Below are positions 54,552 to 64,000 of a stretch of 64,000 nt of DNA, one piece after another. The notes under the pieces were generated by a model that did no database searches, had not been told where the DNA came from, and worked only from the letters and a program-made list of their open reading frames with translations. This DNA comes from Eledone cirrhosa (taxonomy: Eukaryota): assembly GCA_964016885.1 (NCBI GenBank), contig OZ024741.1:272366001-272430000 (forward strand), read 5' to 3'. The position numbers and the translations under genes were made by a program. Numbering within the stretch: position 1 is the first letter of the stretch; each line of letters opens with the position of its first letter.

Positions 54552-54656
54552 AATATATATATATATAGTGACGAAACATAAGTCAATTACATGAACTCAT
54601 AATCCTTTATTTACTGCTTATATATATATATATCTATATATATATATATATATATC

Positions 54657-54687
<31 letters not shown>

Positions 54688-54927
54688 AATAAATTTCGCT
54701 CAACATAATATAATAAATGTAATCTGAGTTTTTCGAATATTAATGATAATATTCTATGCGTTTTCAATTTTGCCAACACAAGAGCATGAATGAGGGACTC
54801 ATTCTACTGACATGGCTTTACAAAAGAGGCTTTTTTGCATAATTGCAAGCGAATCGAATATTATTATTAATACTCGAAAAACTCAGATTACATTTATATA
54901 TATATACAAATATAATCTGAGTTTTAC

Positions 54928-54981
<54 letters not shown>

Positions 54982-55075
54982 GTGAAACACTGGAAGGTAA
55001 TATCCGTAGTGGTAGAGCACTCTGTCCAAGGGACGAGTTAGGTAGAAGTGGTTACACAACAGTTAGTTCACCATA

Positions 55076-55115
55076 CCGAGAACAATTGTTTCACCTTCGC
55101 GGATCTTCAGCTCGG
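55076..55115 (-). ncRNA. Minimal type I hammerhead ribozyme
   Basis: CCGAG-CUGAAGA-UCC(GCGAA)GGU-GAAA-CAAUUG-UU-CUCGG. Confidence 0.82.
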
Positions 55116-55298
55116 GATGTGTATGGTTATAGGAACAGGAAGGACAACCGTACGAACGCGCATGCGCAGAAACTCGGTCACTCCACAGGCAATACTAGAC
55201 TGCGTGCGGGAGGTGTAAGGGAGATAACTGCGAAAGTCCGGAAAGTTTTTAGGTTGAAAATAAAAATAAAAAAAAAATAAAAATAAAATTACAAAGAA

Positions 55299-56520
55299 TC
55301 AGTCTGGAGCCTTGTAGTTATGCAATAGATCTTTGGTGACGTGTGGACAACGTGTGAAACATTCACTTCTCGTGTTTAGGCAATCACTATTGCGTAATCT
55401 CTTTCGATCGTCAATACATAAGCCACACGTTGGATTTCCCCTTGCGTATGGCTTGGACTTAGTGATGGCTTTCCATTGAATAGAGTAGCCTATACTTGAG
55501 TCCTTGAGGGACCATACGTGGCTCGCGAGTTTCGTGGATGAACGTCTGTCCGGGTATCTGAAGGTAGACTGGTGGTTCAGGAATCGCTCCTTGAATCGGC
55601 CCTCCGCCATGCCCACATAGGATTTGACCTCCTGTGGTTCGTTTGGTCGGTTGGAAGTGACCACAGCTTCATAGATTACAGCTGGTGTGTTGCATTGCTG
55701 TTGAAGGGGTAAGCTTCAGGCTTACAGCAAGAGCACTCTGGTGGGGTGTTGCTCCTAGGGCTGCTGGTGATGTGGGCCTTCATGTTCTTAGCGCAGGAGT
55801 ATCCTAGTTTAACTTTGTGTCGATTAAAGATGGAGCGGTATTTATGACCTATGGGGAAGTGTCTATCTAAGAGGGCTAGAAATTTTTTTCCTACATTGGT
55901 TTTAACGTTGAGTGAGAAGGGAGGAGAGAACCAGATAGTTTGTCTATTGATGCGCTTACTTTTCTTAATAGTGTTGTTGCTGTTAGCCAACGCCGTGTTA
56001 TAGTAGGGTGCCGCTCTGTCAAAGATAGCCTTATTAGAGGAGAGGTTTGAGATTCTAGCACTGATATTCTTAACGAAGTTTCTAAAAACAGTGGGAGGGT
56101 GGCATGAGTCCTTGTGAATGTAATTAAGTTTCTCGTTTAGCTTATGGAAGGGTCTGTGGGTGTGTGTGCGAAGGTCTAAATTAATGTCTAAGAAATCTAC
56201 GCTAGAGAGGTTGGTGGCTACTGTTATCCTAAGGCCTAACTCATTGAAGGTAGAAGCTAAGTCTTTTTTAAACCGGTCGAGGTCGTGACCACTTTTATGG
56301 CTCGATAAAGTCAGTCCATCGTCACAGTATATTCCCGTGTGGAAGTCCGGGAATCTAACACGTAATATGTCTAAGATAAAAAGGCCAACCAATCACATAC
56401 GTCAGCACTGTCAAACGATCCCATGGAGACGTCGAACAGGTCTGAAGATGTAGACTTCTTTGCCCAGGTTACTCCATCGTTGAAGAGGAGGGTTTTCTGG
56501 CAGTGAGCGATGATTTCCCT
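55299..56520 (-). pseudogene. PLE RT + GIY-YIG, frameshifted
   Basis: IYCDDGL, DFLDINL, WFSPPFS, YVGMAEGRFKERF..H, CGLC, RCPH. Confidence 0.88.
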
Positions 56521-56710
56521 GTCTGATTCTTTGTAATTTTATTTTTAATTTTTTAAAATTTTATTTTCAACCTAAAAACTTTTCGGACTTTCGCAGTTAT
56601 CTCCCTTACACCTCCCGCACGCAGTCTAGTATTGCCTGTGTGAAGTGACCAAGTTTCTGCTCATGCGCGTTCGTACGATTGTCCTTCCTGTTCCTATAAC
56701 CATACACATG

Positions 56711-56750
56711 CCGAGCTGAAGATCCGCGAAGGTGAAACAATTGTTCTTGG
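56711..56750 (+). ncRNA. Minimal type I hammerhead ribozyme
   Basis: Inverted duplicate of 55076-55115. Confidence 0.8.
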
Positions 56751-56777
56751 TATGGTGAACTAACTGTTGTGTAACCA

Positions 56778-56846
<69 letters not shown>

Positions 56847-57507
56847 TCATTAGTTAAGCAAAACAAGACCACAAATTTCCCAAGGAAGACATTAAGGATT
56901 GTCAACATATTTTAGTTTGATGTAAGGAATGTAGAGAATAATAATAATAATATTAATAATAATAATGTCCTTACTGTGGGTATGGTGTGGCGTGCGGTGG
57001 CCGGAAGCTGGGGAGTGTTCGACCGGAAGAGTGCTTGACCGGAAAGGTGCTTGGCCGCAAGGGTGCTCGACCGGAAGGGCTAGCAGATCAGCCTCTCTCT
57101 AGTGGTGACCAGGAACGGTGTAGACTCGAGTTTTGGCAGCTCCCGGTGTTAATGAGTTGGACGCACGTGGAAGAGGAGAAACCAGCAATGGGATTTAGCG
57201 GCGCCTATGAAAAGCGGTAAGTGAGATAGCTTTTTCTAACCACACTTACATCAAACTAAAATATGTTGACAATCCTTTAATAATGTCTTCCTTGTGAAAT
57301 TTGTGGTCTTGTTTTGCTTAACTAATGAATATTTCCAGCTCTGTGCGCCTAACTTCTGCATGAACCCAGCCACCTAGCTGCTTTCCACTGCATATTGCAC
57401 ATTGAGCACATGCCTTTACGCTTTGGCTTCTAACTAATTCACCAATCTCTCCTCTCCTATCTCCTCTCCAATCTCCATCTCTCTCTTTAAGATTGGTTAC
57501 TCTTGAA

Positions 57508-57548
<41 letters not shown>

Positions 57549-57939
57549 CAAAACTGTGGATACGCTGTTAGATGGATTACGCTCCTCGTATCCGTGCCAT
57601 CCAGTACTGGGCTCCAAAGCTATGGTTCCGCTGTGAGATGAGTTGGGCTCCAAAACTATGGTTCTGTTGTGAGACCTGTTCGGCGCGGCCAACTGGCCTA
57701 TCCCTCCTCACAACGGAGCCAACCAGTTCCACACTGTAAATGTGGTTGTTAGGAAGGGCATCCAGCTATTATAATACCCGGCCAAATTTACAGTCGTCGC
57801 CAGAGCAAGGTGCGACATGGCCAACTCTAGCCAGACATGCCTCTCGGCGTAAACGACCCGTCTAACCCATGCAAGCATGGGAAAATGGACGCTAAATGAT
57901 GATGGTGATGATGATGATATATATATATATATATATATA

Positions 57940-58661
57940 TCATGCCGTCTAACGAATGTTATTACTCTGAGATTCCTCATTGAGTGCTTGGCTGGACAAT
58001 TCCTCATTGTATCTCGTTGGCTTGGCTACAGCCGAAGCTTCGATTTTACTAAACTTCCATTGGTATTGTCTCCTAGGCCTAATAATTAATTAATTAATTT
58101 AATTAGACAATTTCATTGATTGATTAATTATTTATGTTTGTTTAATAACGCCTGGTCGAGTGCTTCTTATTCGGTTTGTGTAGGGAACACAATCCCTTTG
58201 TCACATTTTGAATTTGCCCGCCAAAAAAACCCGGGGTTATTTCCTTTGTTGGGAAATAGTTGAGGCGTTAGCCGCTGCTAATAACAGTGGCTTACTACTT
58301 CATACCACACCGGGTCAAGGCACCGAACGGAAACCTGTTGATAACATGAATCCTCAGTTCGGTCTTCAAACACCAAGAACTTGCATACTTGCGCAAGTAG
58401 GATTGTTGATTTTGATTTCATAGAAACCTATCGGAGAAACGACGATCTGCCTCCGAGACGATCTAGGTTTGTTTATTAACATGTTGGTTTTATCGTTGCT
58501 TCGGTGGCGTGGCTAGGCTTGCCTGCCACAGTTTTCAATTTGTCATGCCGTCTAACGAATGTTATTACTCTGAGATTCCTCATGGAGTGCTTGGCTGCAT
58601 AAATTCCTGATTGTATCTCGTTGGCTTGGCTACAGCTGAAGCTTCGATTTTACTAAACTTC

Positions 58662-58663
<2 letters not shown>
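57940..58663 (+). mobile_element. Non-coding element with ~120-bp terminal direct repeats (period ~603) between microsatellites
   Basis: 57940-58060 is repeated at 58543-58663. Candidate type III HHR at 58310-58434. Confidence 0.6.
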
Positions 58664-58733
<70 letters not shown>

Positions 58734-58850
58734 GTAGGACGTGAGTTTTATTGTAGTACAATAAAGCAATGCAGATATCGGATAAGTAGATATTTTGATT
58801 TAAAACTGAACTATTCACAAGTGTTTTTTAACCTTCATATCATGTCTCCC

Positions 58851-58921
58851 TATTTTATCTGACGAAAACGCAAATGTCATCTCATGATGATATTTGTTTT
58901 TGAAATGCGCATAATAAAATA
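58851..58921 (+). ncRNA. Type I hammerhead ribozyme
   Basis: UAUUUUAU-CUGACGA-AAAC-GCAAAUGUCAUC(UCAU)GAUGAUAUUUGU-UUUU-GAAA-UGCGCA-UA-AUAAAAUA. Confidence 0.88.
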
Positions 58922-58951
58922 CATGGAACTCTTTTAACCATCTTTTGATCT

Positions 58952-59051
<100 letters not shown>

Positions 59052-59192
59052 GGAATAGAATGAAACGAAATTTCATTTCTCACTCTTAGTACGGCACTTA
59101 CTTAAATGTAAGTATGTATGTAATAATAACACAATCGGTACAGTATATGGAAGGGATATATTAGGTTAACGCTTGATATAGCAGGAAGAGGG

Positions 59193-59228
59193 CCTTAACG
59201 TTTCGGACGCTAGTCCTTCATCAGAAGA
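59193..59228 (-). ncRNA. Minimal hammerhead ribozyme
   Basis: UCUU-CUGAUGA-A-GGAC(UAGC)GUCC-GAAA-CGUU-AAGG. Confidence 0.78.
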
Positions 59229-59705
59229 AAGAATGAGAAATAAGATAGATTGAGAGGACGGGCGATATATATATATATAAAAGTAATTACCAAATACGTT
59301 TTTACATAAAATATTGATTTACGAAATAATTTGGTTTATGTGTAATTATTTTTATCACAATAGGATTTTGTACACATGCTTGTTTGAAACAATCTTTCAA
59401 AGTATGGTACATACCCTTATGTACTGTTTATTATAATAAATTACCGTATTTTGAGCTGTTTTAACTTCTCCACCTATGTGTGAAAATGCTTTATATTGTT
59501 TTTGTAAAAAACGATATCTTTTCACACACACACGCGCGCACATATATATATATATATATACAGTATCCGACTTAGAACAAATGAGGCCGTGTGCTAGTTA
59601 AGTTATGAGGCCCCAAACATTTGAAAAATTAACCGTAAAAACCTTTTTTGGCAGGAAGATGCGTTCCCTTGGCCAACGGGTCCCTGTGCATAATGGTAAA
59701 TCCGG

Positions 59706-59783
<78 letters not shown>

Positions 59784-60469
59784 ATATATATGTATATATA
59801 TATATATATATATATAAATACACACACACATACAGATATAGACACACACACATTATTTATAAAGAGTCTGGTGGAACTAGCTGTGGAAACGGCAAGAGCT
59901 CAGCCGTCGGGGTTCCGACTCTTTATAATATAACCATATTTTATTATCCTAAGTATCGAGTACTCTGGTGAGTAATGGTCTAAATCTAAACTATAATAAA
60001 GTAAGAAGCGCGGGACTGTGTACGGTTTATAATTTTTTATCCCATTAGTAAAATAAGTTGGATTTCTTTGAATAAATAATGAATGAATATTACATAATTT
60101 ATCTACTAAATTTCGTGGCTGTTCATTAAATATATTTTATTATTTATTTAAAGATTCACTTCTTTAATATTTTCAAATGTCAACACTTCCGGTGGCGATC
60201 GCTTAAATAAACATATTAATTTTCTGTCACTAACTTTCTCCTAATGCAGTTTATATATAATATCATCTTTTTTTAAATGTATGATTGATTAGGTAACTGA
60301 TTACAGAAGATAGTGTAACAACGTCTTCGTTCAATTTCTGTGAATATTGTCAATTACGATTTTATTTGCCGTATCATATCTACATGTATATATACTTGCG
60401 TATAATATCAATATACACACTACACATGCTAGCAGACAACCACTACATATGCTAGCATCTACCAACAGG

Positions 60470-61110
60470 TCGAATGGTGGTTGGCGGTGATGAAATCGAG
60501 GAGGTGGAGGAATATGTCTACCTGGGACAAGAAGTGAACATGCGCCGAGACATTGAGAGGGAGATCTAGCAGAGAGTAAGGGCCGGATGGAAGGCGTTCA
60601 ACGGCATAAGGGATGTGCTCAAGGGGAGGTTGGACAAGACCACCCGCGCCAACCTCTTCAATAGCACAGTTTTACCTGCAATGTTATATGGCAGTGAAAC
60701 TTGGGCTACAACGAAGAGAGAAGAGCAGAGGCTGGTAACGGCTCAAAGAGCCATGGAGAGATCAATGCTAGGAATCTCGTTGAGAGAGCACATCAGGAGC
60801 GAAGTCATCAGACAGAAGTCCGGCGTGAGAGACGTCATCACGGAATATATGCGCAGCAAGTTCAGATGGGCTGGACATGTCGCCCGGTTCACCGATAATC
60901 GGTGGACCCGCACAGTTGCCGAATGGTACCTGCGCGAGCGGACACGACCACTCGGAAGGCCTCCACGAGGGTGGAGTTACGATTTTAAGAATACGATTGG
61001 GAATACATGGATGAGGAAAGCACGATCCAGAGAGGAATGGACGGCGTGCTGTGACCAGCGGCGCTGAATGGACGCCCGACAGACTGGTCGGTCAAGGTGA
61101 TCAAGGTGAT
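60470..61110 (+). mobile_element. RTE LINE 3' fragment (ORF2 C-terminus 60615-61067)
   Basis: EEYVYLGQ, VLPAMLYGSETW, QRAMERSMLG, RWAGHVAR, RPLGRPP. Ends in TCAAGGTGA x2. Confidence 0.9.
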
Positions 61111-61995
61111 ATATGTATATATATTATATATATATATATATATATAAAATCTAAAGTCAGAAGGCTCATCTGGGCCAGTGCTTATCCCGGTTTCATGGTG
61201 TGAAGTGACTGAGAGTACAAGGCTTCCCGGTGGACAGGACGCCAGTCCATCTTAAGGTTAAACCCCCAGCTATTGTTAGTACTCATTTTCAGCTGAGTAT
61301 GTAGCGAAATTTGTCCACACCTTGAACCCTGGGTGACACAAAAAGGTCAAATTCTGGGTTACCTCCTTTTCGGGTAAACAAGTCTATGTGTGGGTGACGA
61401 TCCCTCGAGGCGGGAGACAGGAAGCGACAGATATAAATAGCCTACATCAGACCAAGGAAAATTAGATCGGAGCAAAATTACACGAGGGAATAGCTATGTA
61501 AAACATTCACCTCTAACTATAGGCTCCTTGGGGTCTACAGATCCTTACTCTCTCTACATGGGTCTATAGACCTTTCTCTCTCTTTCTCCTAGTCTCACAG
61601 GCTGTCCCTCCTTTGTTCTGTCCTACACAAGATGATGTAGAACAGAACAAAGGAGGGACACAAAATAAAAAAACCTAGTCTCTGAGGAGGTCACAGAATG
61701 TGTAACGAATGAGTTTGACAATATATAAACGACCTTCCGGCTATCGAAACAACCAAGCAAACGTCAATTTATAATAAATTGAAGTGAAAACCAATAGGTG
61801 CGCGTCCGTGTTTTTATTGTCAGCATGACCCCCCCCCCCCCCCCCCCAGTATAACAATATCTGTTTCAAGACATGTTTTCAGATAAGAAATCTTGCAAAA
61901 CAAATTCAAAAACAAAGTATATTTATATATATATATATAGCGGCGATGAATTAGTTTTGCGAGGTTTTTTATATGAAATCGTGTGTCGAAACAAA

Positions 61996-62439
61996 TATTG
62001 TTATACTTGGGGAGGGTCATATTTGTGTAATATTGCCAGAATTAATAACAGAACACACTCACTGTTTGGTTGGTTTTCGCTTCTCGCTTCTGTGTCTTTT
62101 ATATCGGTAATCTAATATACTCGGTCCTCAATGTTGCCATAGACAGACTGAATAAAAATGGCGTAGACATACAATACAACAGGAGGAAAATATAGCACCA
62201 CTGACGATGTTGCAGATGTGCAACGAAAGATTTATGATAAACTATATATATGTGTTTGTGTCTATATTGTATCTGTATTATTTTTGACCGCCGGTCAGTC
62301 AATGGCAACATTGAGGACCGAGTATATTAGATTACCGATATAAAAGACACAGAAGCGAGAAGCGAAAACCAACCAAACAGTGAGTGTGTTGTGTTATTAA
62401 TTCTGGCAATATTACACAAATATGACCCTTCCCAAGTAT

Positions 62440-62447
<8 letters not shown>
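61996..62447. repeat. Fold-back element sharing the family H 3' terminus
   Basis: 61996-62150 is inverted relative to 62293-62447. Terminal ATGACCCTYCCCAAGTATAACAATA. Confidence 0.75.
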
Positions 62448-62507
<60 letters not shown>

Positions 62508-62692
62508 GAAGTAATTCCGTCGGAAAGGTAAAGGAAAAAAGAGTGTTCTATGTAGGTTACAGAGCTTATTAGTTATGTAATAAACAACATAAGATAATTA
62601 TTTCATTTACCAGTGGTTTCTTATACGGGGTCCTGAATTTTTTCATATTAGCCACTCTACTACCCCAAGTATCGAATACTCTAGGGAGTAAT

Positions 62693-62954
62693 CAGTGGCG
62701 TGCAGAACTCTGGTGATGCCCAGGGCAAATGTTGATTGTATGTCCCAAAGACTCAAGTATAAGGCCTAATATACTGAGAAATATGAGAAAGGAAAATATT
62801 TTGAATAAACACATGAAACATAAAATAAACGTATAGGGAAAATTCGATTTTAATATAGATCAATCAAATTTATTAAGTTCTTTCCCCAAATGATGCCCCC
62901 ATCCAAAGGATGCCCGGGGCCAACGTACTGCCCCCCCCCCTCTGTACGCTACTG
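62693..62954. mobile_element. hAT-type MITE inserted in a family L tail
   Basis: TIRs CAGTGGCGTGCAG / CTGTACGCTACTG. 8-bp TSD GGAGTAAT / TGAGTAAT. Confidence 0.75.
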
Positions 62955-63052
62955 TGAGTAATGGTCTAACTGGTTTTTACCACCTTCAATCTGATATATA
63001 TATATATATATATATTTGTTTTCAAATCCATATTTAATAAAAACACCACGTT

Positions 63053-63115
63053 TTTTATTCTGACGACTGAAAACAGATAAAATATCTGCTTTCAAGAAAC
63101 CACTGGTAAATGAAA
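63053..63115 (+). ncRNA. Type I hammerhead ribozyme
   Basis: UUUUAUU-CUGACGA-C-UGAAAACAGAUA(AAA)UAUCUGCUUUCA-A-GAAA-CCACUGG-UA-AAUGAAA. Confidence 0.8.
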
Positions 63116-63623
63116 TAATTATCTTATGTTATTTATTACGTGTGTAAATTTATATATGTACATGTGTAAATTTATATATATTATGTTTACATATTATATA
63201 TATTTCAATTCGTACACACACACACTGTCGCTTCTAGAATCGAATGATTCACAATGTGTCACAACAAAATAGAAAACGAAAATACAAAAATTCCACTGGA
63301 ATTTTACAGACAACCCGTCCGATAGATAAATTTCTTTATTAGCCACAAGGGCGCAAAAGAAGGGGACAAATACAAATGGGGAGTTTACATACAGGAATAT
63401 GAAAATAAAACTATTATAGATGAATAGATAGATAAGTAGATAAATAGATAGCCACAAGGGCGCAACAAGAAAGGGGACAATACAAAGACATGCCGGGGAT
63501 TTTACATACAGTCGTGTAAAAATTATAAAAACAAACAATTTCAACAATCGAAATCCCCAATAGGGGGGGGGGGTGATGGATAGATAGATGAATAGATAGA
63601 TAGATAGATGGGGATAGAAAGAG

Positions 63624-63690
<67 letters not shown>

Positions 63691-64000
63691 TAGGCGTAGA
63701 AATAAATAGATAGATAGAAAGATAGATTGAGGTAGGAGTATAGGCGGACAAAGTGTAGATAGATATAATTACTTAATGAGAAATAGAGAGAACAAGAAAG
63801 AGGGAGAGGAAGAGAGAAAGAAATAGAGAGCGCGAGATTGAAAGATAGAGAGAGAGAGTTATGATGACAGATAGATAGAGAAAAAGAGAAAAACAGTTAT
63901 TGAGAAATAAATCGGGAGAAAGAGAAATTGAAAGAGAAAAATAAAATGTGGGTGGGGGCGGTGACGCCGACAAAACAAAGCAAAACTTTTATAGATAATA

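Larger units (their letters stand above)
54978..56780 (-). mobile_element. Hydra-type PLE, 5'-truncated with inverted 3' UTR
   Basis: 56524-56780 is inverted relative to ~55047-55301. HHRs at 55076-55115 (-) and 56711-56750 (+). Confidence 0.9.

Overview
AT-rich eukaryotic DNA, most likely a mollusc or cephalopod such as octopus. That assignment is inferred from the repeat content, not proven. No host exon is recognisable, and nearly all short ORFs are (TA)n/(CA)n/(GA)n translation artefacts. The window is a dense nest of mobile elements inserted into microsatellites. It holds about 7 Penelope-like retroelement (PLE) ORFs or ORF remnants: mostly Hydra-type RT plus C-terminal GIY-YIG with a CxCx5C linker, and one Neptune-type. 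It also holds many short 5'-truncated or fold-back PLE 3' ends, RTE LINE fragments, tRNA-derived SINEs, non-autonomous Helitrons, hAT elements and solo-LTR-like pieces. Reading by eye finds more than 20 hammerhead-ribozyme (HHR) motifs. The most notable candidate is a non-circularly permuted (pseudoknotted) hammerhead. It has four copies in a ~635-bp non-coding tandem/inverted array (42795-44605) and a diverged copy (53271-53373) showing compensatory base changes in four helices and conserved pairing in two more. A 469-bp tandem non-coding unit with a perfect type I HHR in each full monomer (retrozyme-like, 25433-26616) is also present. All folds were derived by hand, and element boundaries are approximate.
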